Origin: Planktothrix sp. GU0601_MAG3
Lineage (GTDB): Bacteria > Cyanobacteriota > Cyanobacteriia > Cyanobacteriales > Microcoleaceae
Direction: 5' to 3'
Assembly: GCA_035193785.1 (NCBI GenBank)
Contig: CP136572.1
Location: 360,371 to 392,370 of the forward strand
DNA length: 32,000 nucleotides
The notes under the pieces are model-generated. The model had not been told where the DNA came from. It did no database searches and was given only the letters and a program-made list of their open reading frames with translations. Position 1 is the stretch's first letter; every line of letters begins with the position of its first letter. The position numbers and the translations under genes are program-made. Positions 19,367-29,801 of this stretch are shown here, one piece after another.

Positions 19367-19930
19367 ATGATTACAATAACAACTCCCCCAAAACTTTCAT
19401 TTAAAGATTATCTAAACTATGACGATGGGACAGATAACCGTTATGAGTTAGAAGACGGAGAATTAATTCTAATGAATCCCCCAACAGGTCGCCATGCGTT
19501 AGTTATCTATAATCTAAATAATGCCTTTGTAGCAGAAATTAATCGTCTAAGTTTATCTTGGATTTGCTTACAAAATATTGGCATCAGAACATCAATTAAT
19601 CGTTCTCGAATTCCCGATCTTTGTATTGTCACCCGGGAACAAATTCAAGAAAAATTAGATGTTTCAGCCGTGCTAGAATCTCCGGCAATTTTAGCCATTG
19701 AAATGGTTAGTCCCGAATCCAAAATCAGGGACTACCGCTATAAAAGATCAGAATATAGCGTTGTCGGGATTCCTGAATATTGGATTATTGATCCAAGTGA
19801 ACAAAAAATCACCATTTTGCAGTTAGTGGAGGGACTATATGAGGAACAAAGTTATCAAGGAAATCAGAGAATTATTTCTCTAATATTCCCCGAACTCAAT
19901 TTAACCCCGGAACAGATTTTTAACCTATAA
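19367..19930 (+). CDS. Uma2/DUF820-family PD-(D/E)xK endonuclease-like protein
   Basis: A 187-aa ORF. Family blocks present are RYELEDGELILMNPP, IPDLCIV, AIEMVSPES..D..YK and GIPEYWIIDP. It sits 22 nt after cas10 and 12 nt before csm2, on the same strand. Confidence 0.8.
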   Translation: MITITTPPKLSFKDYLNYDDGTDNRYELEDGELILMNPPTGRHALVIYNLNNAFVAEINRLSLSWICLQNIGIRTSINRSRIPDLCIVTREQIQEKLDVSAVLESPAILAIEMVSPESKIRDYRYKRSEYSVVGIPEYWIIDPSEQKITILQLVEGLYEEQSYQGNQRIISLIFPELNLTPEQIFNL

Positions 19931-19942
19931 TTTGAGTTAACT

Positions 19943-20374
19943 ATGCCCATTGATAAAGACATTGAAAATCACATTAAATCTCTGAAATCTCTCAAAGACT
20001 ATTCAATTAGAGATTTAGTCAAACACGCTCAGGAATTTGGCCCCCATCTCAAAAATCAGAAATTGGAAACGAACCAAGTTCGCAAATTTTTAGATGCCAT
20101 TAATCGACTGAAAGTTAAAATTGCTCAAAATGCGGATCAAAGTGAGAAAGATATTGAGCAAAAAAATCAAAAAGTGTTCAACAAAATCGAGCCGGAAATT
20201 GTCCTATTAAAACCCAAACTTGCCTATGCTGCCGCTCGACAACAAGCCGCTAAACCGCTTAGTAGTATCATGTCTGTTGCTATTGACAAAGTACATAGTT
20301 TAGAAGACTTTGAACGACTTGTACAATTAATTGAATCAACCATTGCCTACCATAAAGCTGAAGGAGGAAAATAA
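19943..20374 (+). CDS. csm2: Type III small subunit Csm2
   Basis: A 143-aa ORF. TNQVRKFLDAINRL, KPKLAYAAARQ and IESTIAYHKAEGG fit the Csm2 pattern. Confidence 0.8.
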   Translation: MPIDKDIENHIKSLKSLKDYSIRDLVKHAQEFGPHLKNQKLETNQVRKFLDAINRLKVKIAQNADQSEKDIEQKNQKVFNKIEPEIVLLKPKLAYAAARQQAAKPLSSIMSVAIDKVHSLEDFERLVQLIESTIAYHKAEGGK

Positions 20375-20377
20375 ATC

Positions 20378-21330
20378 ATGACTGTAATTGATAGACCCCA
20401 AAAAAACTTACTCGGAAAAATTATTATTACCAGTACCTTGGTAGTTGAAACCGGATTACATATTGGCGGTGGCGGTGAAAATTTAGATATTGGGGGGTTA
20501 GATAAACCCGTCATTCGTGACCCCATGACCCAGCGCCCCTATCTCCCCGGTTCTTCAATTAAAGGAAAACTGCGGGCGATATTAGAACGGTGGTTAAAAA
20601 AACCCTTAAATCGTTCAGGAGGAAGCGGAAACCTATCGTTATGAAAGCGACGATTTAGAAGATGGATATACAGAGATTTCCCCAGGTAAATTTGTTCGCT
20701 ATCAAGGGGCGAGAACCTGTCAATTAAGTCGAGTATTTGGGTCAACAGGAGGATCAAACTGTTATCTTAAAGCTGATATTATTGGCTCAGAAGAATTAGA
20801 AAATAAAGGAAATTCTACAACAATTAATGGTGAAAACCATATCAAAACCAAAGGAAGGAATCAACCCGCACGATTAATTGTTAGAGATTGTCATTTAACA
20901 GAAGAATCCGCTAAACAACTAGAAAAAATTGACACAGGTTTGTATATGACCGAGTGGAAATTTGAAAATGGAATAGATCGAGTGACGGCGGCGGCAAATC
21001 CTCGTCAATTAGAACGGGTTCCCGCAGGTTTCTAAGTTCAAATTTGAAATAGTATATACCGTTGAAGATGGAACTCAAGCCGCAGAAGATTTAGAGAATT
21101 TAGCGATCGCCCTTGCTATTTTAGAAGACGATGCGTTAGGCGGTCATGGTTCCAGAGGTTACGGAAAAATCCGCTTTGAAAACTTCAATATTGAGTATCG
21201 GGATATTGAACGTTATCGACAAATTGCCAGTGGCGGTGGAAAATTCTTACCCGTAGCGATTAAAGATATCGGAGAATTGTTGAGTCGTTTTAGTGATGTC
21301 AAAGCCCTGTTATCTGAGAAAAAATCATAA
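20378..21330 (+). CDS. csm3: Csm3 (Cas7-family RAMP backbone subunit); two apparent frameshifts; carries extra insertions relative to typical Csm3
   Basis: Motifs present are TGLHIGGGG...LDKPVIRDP...YLPGSSIKGKLRAILE, CQLSRVFGS, GIDRVTAAANPRQLERVPAG|SKFKFEIVY and GGHGSRGYGKIRF. The frame is restored at GAAAC 20628..20632 and GTTTC 21028..21032. The restored length is about 316 aa. Confidence 0.88.
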
Positions 21331-21333
21331 ATT

Positions 21334-22411
21334 ATGAGTAATTGGAAACTAATTCGACTCAATTTCGGACAAACACCTGCCCATTTTGGCGAAGTGGGAA
21401 TCGGACTGGAAGAAAGCCGAGAACGAGTCCGATCCGATACTTTATTTAGTGCTTTAATCAGTAGCTATGCTCGTTTATTTGGTAAAGAAAAGGTAGAAGA
21501 AACTATTAGGAAACTTTCAACAATCTCCTTGTTTTCGTCTTAGCTCTACCTTTATCTATCGTTATCAAAAATCAAAGTATACCTACTATCTTCCTAAACC
21601 TTTAGCTTTCCCTAAAAAGTATCCAATTGGAAACGATTTAGAGTTTACAAAAACCTACAAAAAGCTCTCCTATTTGCCCTTAGAAGTTTGGCAACGATGG
21701 TATCAAGGAGATGGGTTTACAGAGAGCGATCGCCTGGAACTAATTCATACAACAAACAAAACCGCAAAAGATAACGATCCTTTGCACAAAGCGGGAACCT
21801 TTGACTACAATCAAGCCTTCAAAATTGATACAAACCCAAAAGTTGCAATTGATCGCACCACTCGATCAACTAACTTTTATCATACGGGTTTTGTCCATTT
21901 TGAAAGTCACCCCCAGGAAGATAAAAGCAAACCAGAGCACCACTCAGGATTATATTTTATTCTGCACTTTCCTACAACTAATCCCCACCTAGAAAAAGAA
22001 ATTCAGGCGACTTTAATTTTTTTAGGAGAAGAAGGATTAGGCGGAGAACGTTCGAGTGGTGCAGGACGTTTTAATCTGGAATGGTTAGACTTAACCCCTG
22101 AGTGGAAAAAAGTTGTTCAGCATCAACAATCAAACCATTGTTTAATTAGTTTGTTTTGGGATGATTCCATATCACCAGAACTATTAAATGATAGCGCTTG
22201 TTATGATATTCAAGAACGAGGCGGTTGGATAGCATCTTCCCCATCTGGTTATCAAAAACGGCGAAAAATGGTGAGAATGTTTACAGAAGGATCGGTTTTT
22301 TCCGCTTGTCCTCAAGGAAAACTTGCTAATGTCACCCCGAAGGGATTTGAAAAACATCAAGTTTATCGGAGTGGAGTCAGTTTAAGTCTACCCATTTCTA
22401 TTAATTCCTAA
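21334..22411 (+). CDS. csm4: Csm4 (Cas5-family RAMP); one apparent frameshift
   Basis: The N-terminus is MSNWKLIRLNFGQTPAHFGEVGIG...RSDTLFSALISSY. The frame continues after one A is removed at GAAAC 21499..21503 or 21510..21514, giving ...SPCFRLSSTFIYRY...LGEEGLGGERSSGAGRF. Confidence 0.85.
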
Positions 22412-22419
22412 TCAAAATT

Positions 22420-23704
22420 ATGGTTGCTTCTCAACAGTCTGAAATCAAAAAACCCGAAGTCTATGACTCTCGAAAAATTAGATTAACCAGTCCTATTTTA
22501 CATATTGGATCGGAAGTTTCCAAGTTAAGTCCCTTTGAATATGTACAAACCTCTAGTAAAGTTTATCTTCCCGATAAGGAAGCATTAGCCAGAGGTTTAC
22601 AATCTAAAGGTAGACTGCAAGATTATATTAATGCTATTGATAATAGAAGGGAAATTATAGGCATTCTTGAACAAGCATTTGGAAAAAATTGGCAAACGGC
22701 GACGGATACCAATGAAAATCGCATTTTTCCTGAAATTGGGATTAGCAGTAAATGGACGGAAGATCAAATTACTGATCTACGTCCGATGATTAGAAATGGT
22801 TTTGGACAGCTTTATATTCCCGGAACTTCGATTAAAGGGGCGATGAGAACTGCGATCGCTTATTATCTGATAAAACACGCCGATAAATATAAAACCCCTA
22901 AAACAGTCAGCCATATTGAACAACAATTAAGACAAAAATTAGCATCCGGTGAATTCGTAAATAAATTTAAGCATAAGTTTACCGATGATGCCTTATTTAT
23001 GAATAGTCTCTTTTCTGATTTTACCTTAAAGTATCAAGACTATTCGCCCCAAACTAAAACAGGGCCAAATACAGACTTCATGCGAGCAATTCATGTCAGT
23101 GATACTGAAACCTTTGCTGGAAAAAAAGTTAACTCTTAAGAATGGAAATAAAACTATAGTTAATGTACCCATTGTTACGGAAGTCTTAGTTTCTAGCCAC
23201 TTTGAAAATAATAAGGCTAAATATCGAGCGTCTATTTATGCGGAAATGGTGAGAAATATTAAAACAGAATTTACCCTAACAATTGATTATGAGATGTTGA
23301 GTTGGTTTCGCCATCAACAAGGAATGATTATTCCCTTTAAAAATTCACAAGAACTCTTGACGATTTGCCAAGAATTTGCCCAGGAACAATGGGATGGAGA
23401 GCATGATTATTGGGACAATATTGAAGATCAAAAACATCAAGTAAAAAACTTGTATTTTGATAAAATTAGAGATTTTTATGAACATGAAAAATGTCCTTAT
23501 CAAACTCGATTAGGTTGGGGAAGTGGGATGACAGGAACAACAATTAATTGGTTATTAAAAGATGATTTAAGATCCCAATTGCGAGATACCTGTGGGATTA
23601 AAGCACCGGGTTTTGAAGCTCCAAAATCTCGAAGAACAGTTACTAATAAAGACGGAGAAATCAGTTATCTTCCAGGATGGGTGAAGTTGATTATATTGGG
23701 GTAA
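22420..23704 (+). CDS. csm5: Csm5 (RAMP); one apparent frameshift
   Basis: Motifs present are RLTSPILHIGSE and LYIPGTSIKGAMRTAIAY. The junction HVSDTE|PLLEKKLTLKNG is restored at GAAAC 23107..23111. The C-terminal block is RLGWGSGMTGTT. Confidence 0.8.
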
Positions 23705-23707
23705 GTA

Positions 23708-23764
23708 AGGGCGGGTTTAAATCAGTTTATGATTGGCATTATAGATTTGGGTGAACCCGCCCCT
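23708..23764. repeat. Intergenic inverted repeat GGGCGGGTT ... AACCCGCCC (9-bp stem, ~36-nt loop) between csm5 and cas6
   Basis: Read directly from the sequence. It belongs to the same AGGGCG...CGCCCCT palindrome style seen at 6274. Confidence 0.6.
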
Positions 23765-23866
23765 ACAGGGACTATCTTTATATAACCAAACATTATATCA
23801 GACCTTGAAGATATATAAATCTATCAATGATTAATACTTCCATTCACTTCCTAACAATTTTTAATC

Positions 23867-24632
23867 ATGCTCATTCGTTCAACTTGGATATTAACCTCTA
23901 ATGAAACTACCATTTTACCCCGTGCTTATGGTTTAGAATTGGTGAAACAACTCCATGAACAATTAGGATTAGAAATGGGTAAAGAAGCAATTCCTTCCGT
24001 ATCTTTTGCCGGATTAACTGGACGTTGTTTAGCATCCGAAGGATTTTTAACCTTTAATTTAGGAGAATTTTATCAGTTATCATTATGTGGATTAGAAGAA
24101 AGAGCAGGAAAAGCGATCGCATCGCTCAATCTTTCCGATTCTATCACATTTTTAGGGGCTAATTTTAATATTATTAATCGAGAAGATGAGATTACCAGTT
24201 ATGAAGAACTTTATACTACCTTAGTTGCCAATGAACCCGAACCCACAAGAAAATTTAACCTGCAATTTGTCACCCCCACCGCTTTTTCTCAACAGCAAAA
24301 CCATTTATCCTTACCTGTTTCCGGCATTAATGTTTCGCAGTTGGTTAGAGCGTTGGAATCATTTTGCACCCATTTATTTAGGAGGTGATGAATTAATTGC
24401 TTATTTAAGTCGTTTAGTCAAACTGCAAAAGCATCAATTAAAAACCCGTAACTTTCAACTTCCCCGTGGTTATTTACCCGGGTGTACGGGTCAAATTACC
24501 TTACAAGTTCCCCATCGAATTGATCCATTATTAGCAAATGTGGCTCATTTATTAGTGAATTATGCCACGTTTGCGGGTACGGGAGTTAAAACCCGATTGG
24601 GAATGGGGAAAACAAACATTATCTTTAAATAA
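23867..24632 (+). CDS. cas6: Cas6 endoribonuclease; one apparent frameshift
   Basis: The junction FVTPTAFSQQQNHLSLPV|PALMFRSWLERWNHFAP is restored at GTTTC 24317..24321. The C-terminal glycine-rich loop is FAGTGVKTRLGMGKT. Confidence 0.85.
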
Positions 24633-24642
24633 AGAGGAATTT

Positions 24643-25908
24643 ATGATTAAAGTTATTACATTTTTAGGCGATCGCGGTGGATTAGAAACGGTCTACAGCT
24701 ATGGAGAAAAAACTTATACGGGTGGAGTATTTGCAGAGGCAATTAGTCAATTTTGTCAGTATGATGAAATGTTAGTTTGCGTGACAGATAGAGCTAAAGC
24801 TAATACTTGGGAAGTGTTAGAAAAACTTGAAGATAAACGCATTAAACCTATTGATATTCCAACGGGAAGAACAAATGAAGAAATGTGGGAAACTTTCAAA
24901 ATTATAGCCGCACAAGTAGATGAGGGAGATCATGTTATTTTCGATATCACCCACGGTTTGCGTTCACTTCCATTTCTCGTTTTCTTATTTGCAGCGTATC
25001 TCAAAGCAGCTAAAAATGTTACTATTGATGCAATTTATTATGGAGCATTAGAGTTAAGAGAATCAAAAGAAGCACCTGCTCCTGTGATTGATTTATCTGA
25101 ATTTGTTGGAATGTTAGATTGGTTAACTGCTACAGATCGATTTATTACAACAGGTGAAGGTCAATCTTTAGCTAATTTAGTTTATAATGCTGTCCCATCC
25201 AAGGCTGAATTGCGCGATGATCCATCAACTCGACCTCTGAGAAGTCATCTTGAAAAGTCAGCTAAAGCAATTGAAACAATCTCATTAGCTTTAAATATTA
25301 CCCGACCCATTGAAACTATGAAATCAGCAATTGAACTCGAGACAACTTTACAAAAAGCCGAATCTAGTTTTAATCAACGGGCTAAACCTTTTTCTCTATT
25401 AGCTGAAAAAATTATTAATGAATATGGACAATTTGCCTTAGAAAATGCCACTTATAAAGACGTAACCTTAGATAATCTTTGGCATCAGTTACACATGATT
25501 GAATGGTACATAAATCGAGATAAAATCATACAAGCTGTCACTTTAGCAAGGGAATGGCTAGTTTCTGTCTTAGTTTTTAATTTTAATCTCCATGAATTTA
25601 TGTTTGATCTGCACAAAGGTCGTAAGTACGCTGAAAAAGCTCTTAATAATGGTGTTGAAAAACGCAAAAAAGATCCCCGTCCTATAACGCCTTGTGATTA
25701 TGATCAAAATTTTGAAGATTTAGCTACAGCAGATCAATTAGTAGAAATTTGGAGTAAGATGACTGAATTAAGAAATGATATTGCTCATGTGGGAATGAAT
25801 CTTAATCCTCAGTCTGCAGAAAACATTAAAAAACAAGCAATTAATCTTTACCCTAAAATTAAGGCAATAGGAGAGTCTATGTTAATTAAGAATACCGATA
25901 ACGATTAA
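24643..25908 (+). CDS. csx1: Csx1/Csm6-type CARF-HEPN effector (DxTHG family)
   Basis: The start at ATG 24643 (MIKVITFLGD) follows the RBS AAAGAGGAA; the upstream part of the tracked ORF overlaps cas6. The CARF DxTHG block is FDITHGLRSLPFL. The C-terminal HEPN R-x4-H motif is RNDIAH. Confidence 0.8.
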   Translation: MIKVITFLGDRGGLETVYSYGEKTYTGGVFAEAISQFCQYDEMLVCVTDRAKANTWEVLEKLEDKRIKPIDIPTGRTNEEMWETFKIIAAQVDEGDHVIFDITHGLRSLPFLVFLFAAYLKAAKNVTIDAIYYGALELRESKEAPAPVIDLSEFVGMLDWLTATDRFITTGEGQSLANLVYNAVPSKAELRDDPSTRPLRSHLEKSAKAIETISLALNITRPIETMKSAIELETTLQKAESSFNQRAKPFSLLAEKIINEYGQFALENATYKDVTLDNLWHQLHMIEWYINRDKIIQAVTLAREWLVSVLVFNFNLHEFMFDLHKGRKYAEKALNNGVEKRKKDPRPITPCDYDQNFEDLATADQLVEIWSKMTELRNDIAHVGMNLNPQSAENIKKQAINLYPKIKAIGESMLIKNTDND

Positions 25909-26000
25909 ACTTCAAATAAATTTTATGGGTTCGTGCGCTTTGATGGCTGCACCCTACAAATTTAAGTTATTATTGAAGTGAGTCAAGATCATGAACTTCT

Positions 26001-26613
26001 ATGACCCTAACCTCAATTTCCACTAAACAACTCACTTTCACAGAATTTTTAGAACAACTTCCTGATGACGCGGGACGTTATGAATTGGTGAATGGAGAAA
26101 TTGTGAGAACATTAGCAACTCGACAACACGATAATATTGCCGATTTTATTGCACGACAGTTTGATAAAGAAGTTGAACGTCTTCATCTTAACTATCGAGT
26201 ATCGGGTCGAGTTGTAGTCAGGACATTAACCGCTAATGGTCGAGAACAGGGAAGACAACCGGATGTGAGTATAGTGGATAAAACCCTTTGGAACTCAAAT
26301 CTTTCTGCTTATACAGCTTTTATTGAAACCCCTTCAGTTAGCGGTTGAAATTGTATCAACAAATTGGGAAGATGATTATGTTGATAAATTAGATGAATAT
26401 CAACGGCTAGGGATTTCTGAATATTGGATTGTGGATTATTTAGCGATCGCATCTCGTTCCTATTTAGGAAACCCTAAAATTCCTACTGTTTTTGTCTATC
26501 AGCTTGATAAAACAGGAATTTATCAACATCAATCTTATCAAGGAATAGATTTAATTCTATCGCCTACTTTTCGTGAACTGCAATTAACCGTTGAACAAAT
26601 CTTAAACCCTTAA
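26001..26613 (+). CDS. Second, divergent Uma2/DUF820-family PD-(D/E)xK endonuclease-like protein; one apparent frameshift
   Basis: Family blocks present are RYELVNGEIV, QPDVSIV and, after restoration at GAAAC 26325..26329, IE|PLQLAVEIVSTNWEDDYVDKLDEYQRLGISEYWIVD. It ends 9 nt before the next gene. Confidence 0.8.
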
Positions 26614-26622
26614 TTTATCATT

Positions 26623-27802
26623 ATGAAAACTACCCTAATTTCTACCGTCGGAACTAGCTTAATTTATCCTAATTTATCAGGACTTCCTATTGATCAAACA
26701 ACTTATGAAGTCTGGTTAAAACGTCAACCTTTATCGGAGCAACCTTTATTTAGTTATGAACTCATCTCCAATATTAGAACAGCGTTACAGCAGAAAAACT
26801 GGAAACAACTAGCAGACTATTTAGGACAAATCCCCGGAACAACCCGACTCTGTGGCGCGGAAATTAACTCAATTACCGATTTAATTCAACGAAAATACTG
26901 TATCGAAAAATGCAGCTTAATGTTTTGTCATTCAGCAACACCAGAGGGAGAAAATATTGCGGAAATCTTGAAATATTATTATCAAAATCAAGGACATCGT
27001 ACCGAAACCCAAAAAATTGAAGGGTTACAGGATGATCAACCGAAACTTTTTAGAACCAAAGGACTGCGAAATTTAGCAAAAACCATTAGTCAAATTGTGC
27101 GGGAACAAACGCCACAATATTGTGCAATTAATGCGACCGGGGGTTATAAAGCTCAAATTGCGATCGCAGTTTTAATGGGACAAGCATTAGGAGTTCCCGT
27201 TTATTATAAACATGAACGCTTTAGCGAAATTATCGCTTTTCCTCCCATGCCCATTGGTTTAGATTTTAGTTTATGGTTAGAAAAAACTGGTTTATTAAGT
27301 GCTTTAGATCGTCAAGATTTAGTGCAATGGCAAGAAGTGGAAGAAGACTGGGATGAACGTCTGGAAGCATTAGTAGAAACGAGTGGAGATGGATGGAAAA
27401 ATATATTTAGAATTATCTCCCACGGGTCAAATTTTTCACGAAACTTTTAAGGGTCGTTTTGCTTCAGAATACGATCAAGTTTTACCCCCTGCGGTTCCTA
27501 TTTCTCAGAAACAACAACCGGATTTAACCAGTCATGGTTGGGGAAATGCTAGAACTCCTATTTTAAATTGGTTACAAAAAATTACCGATGATTGTAGTTA
27601 TGTTCAATCCTGCCGTACCCATTATTGGAATCAACATTTACCCGCACCTGTGTTATTTAGATTGAGAGGAGAACAAATTGAAGGTGTGTTTAGTAATGGC
27701 ACTTGGACAGTGAAATTTTATGTTGATACCTCATCTAATACCCCAGGACAACGGGCGGCTTGTGTAGCAGCTTTAAATCAGAAAATAGAACAGTGGAAAT
27801 AA
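26623..27802 (+). CDS. CARF-domain protein with a wHTH-like middle segment and an unassigned C-terminal domain; one apparent frameshift
   Basis: CARF blocks are MKTTLISTVGTSLI, LCGAEINSI and INATGGYKAQIAIAVLMGQALGVPVYYKHERFSEIIAFPPMPI. The junction ALVE|RVEMDGKIYLELSPTGQIF is restored at GAAAC 27376..27380. I found no recognisable motif in the last ~130 aa (…SHGWGNARTPILNWLQKITDDCSYVQSCRTHYWNQ…). Confidence 0.7.
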
Positions 27803-27863
27803 GGATTAAACAGGAACAAAACTAGAATAATAAAAATGGTTTCTGTATAATGGAATAGGTTGC

Positions 27864-28953
27864 CTACTTCAACCCCTGACGGGCTAATTTGGCATAGGTT
27901 TTAACCGTTTCATAGGGCATTTCTAAGTCCTCAGCAATCTCTTTTAACGATTCCCCAAACTCTTGACGAGCTAAAATTGTAGCCCTAGTTTCACAGACCT
28001 GCATTGCCCTTGTCCCTCCCGTGCGTTTTTGAGTTTGCATTAGGGTTTGGGTAATTTGTTCCACCCGTTGAGCAAATAATATCTCAACTGTTGTAGTTTC
28101 TAATAATTGTTGTTGCGTCCATCCTAACTGAGTTTGACCTAAACCAAAGGTAGTTTTATGTCCGGTTCCACAATAGGGCGCAAATTCACCTAATGCCGAG
28201 AATAATTGCACAAATTCCGGTTGATTATAGGCTTCTTCTGCTAATCTATATTCAATCGCACCCGTAAACCCAGTTACCGACCCTCTTTTACCCGCAGAAA
28301 CTTTCAAAGATTGTAATTGATGACGCAAAATTATCACATTTTCATCGACCCAATTTAAAAACATATCCTGGTCAAAAGACTGTTGAGAAAAATCATTCCA
28401 ACGCCGCAAATAACTATGAAATACATTAAAGGGTAAGGGTAAAGGAAAATGATGTCCTTTGCGCCGAAAGCTCGTAGGAGAAATAAAACTTAAGGCTAAA
28501 TTTTGGGTGATGGGAGTTTGAAATAACTGTTGATAGGTTGTGGGAGTTTGAGCGATTTTAATTTCTTTAATATTTAGTTGAACTTGTCGTAAGTTAACGG
28601 TTTTTGGTGGGGTTTTCAACCAGGTTTTTAACCCATTAACCATTGCTTGAGATAAGGCACTAACTGACCATTGATAGGTTTGATTAGCATAAACTTGTAG
28701 TTGTTTTCCGGCCGTTTCCTATCTCTCCTTGTAACCCCGATAATGTAAAGGGTTTTTCTGATTGTCCATCATGCAAATATTGAGATAATTGGGGATCAAT
28801 TTGACGGATTTGATCCAAAAACCAAGCATGAAGTCCAATCGTATATTGAGGAATTAATAAAGCATCGGTTTCAGGAACTAATTGAAAGGTCACGGCCACA
28901 AGTTCGGTGGTATCTGGAAAATTTAAAGGAGAAGATGATGTTTTTTTTGTCAT
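27864..28953 (-). CDS. cas6: Cas6 paralog with a C-terminal helix-turn-helix extension; one apparent frameshift
   Basis: Cas6-like blocks present are FTLSGLQGEIG|TAGKQLQVYANQTYQWSVSAL (restored at GTTTC 28714..28718), SPTSFRRKGHHFPLPLPFNVFHSYLRRWNDF and the G-rich loop CGTGHKTTFGLGQ. An extra ~80 aa ends in an HTH-like segment, ESLKEIAEDLEMPYETVKTYAKLARQ. Confidence 0.7.
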
Positions 28954-29047
28954 ATCAATTAGTTGAGAGAGTTTTGAAAAGTGAGAAGATGTTTATAGAC
29001 AATTAGGGAGATGGAGATACTATAATTTAGCGATCGCAGTTAGTCTT

Positions 29048-29801
29048 TTACTCAGATAGAATGGGAGTCAATTGTTGTTCCACTTCATGAATATAGTCTG
29101 TTAATCCTGTATGAATACCTCTTTCTCGTAGAAGTCCCAGACTCGTCTCCTCCCAACATTGCTGCTGGCGTTCCATCTCTCCTCCTGTTAACTTTTCGAG
29201 AACAACTTTAGGATTTCTAATTCGATCAGGTTCATCAAATAACTTATATCGTAATCTGTGTGATTCTTTACAAGGATCAAAGGTCAATTTTTGTGTTATA
29301 TCTTCTAAAATTTCTTCTTCCTGTTGATTCAAGGGAATAAACCCATTTAAAACCCATGCTTCCTGCGTTTCGGTCGGCTGTACCAATAACAATTTCTAAT
29401 TGATCTTTATGTTCTGAACGCGCTTGCTTGATATGTTCCTTTCGTTGCGGTTGATTGTCTAAATCACGAATAAAGATAACTGCTTTAATATCTCTATTTT
29501 GTTTATATTGTAGAAAGTTGATTAACTGCATAACTTTACTAGCTGATTGACCATCCGTTTTTAATTTTCCATTGGATCTGATTTTGGGCAACTTAAATTG
29601 ATCGGAAAGACGTTGAGTTATATCAACGATATCTGTCCAGCAAGAATTTTCTGTACCTGCTTCTAAACCACTCCATCGGAATAAATATTGAAGTTGTTCA
29701 TCTTCTAACCATTTAATTTTCTCTACTAAAATGCGCTCGGCTAATTTAGTAGCGGTTCGTGCGTCTGCGCTACTTTCTACAATCACAATAAATTCAGTCA
29801 T
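29048..29801 (-). CDS. Toprim-like (DUF4276/OLD-like) protein, partner of the upstream ATPase; one apparent frameshift
   Basis: The start ATG at 29801 overlaps the ATPase stop by 8 nt (ATGACTGA). An acidic E motif occurs in MTEFIVIVESSAD and a DxD motif in AVIFIRDLDNQ. The junction IGTADR|TQEAWVLNGF is restored at GTTTC 29367..29371. Confidence 0.55.

Noticed and set aside
8903-25667. Other small tracked ORFs: 8903..9103, 13940..14137, 15883..16092, 20539..20757, 21801..21992 and 25485..25667
   Set aside because: Each is either antisense or out of frame within a supported gene (IS left end, cas2, the 2-TM gene region, csm3, csm4, csx1). None has independent support.
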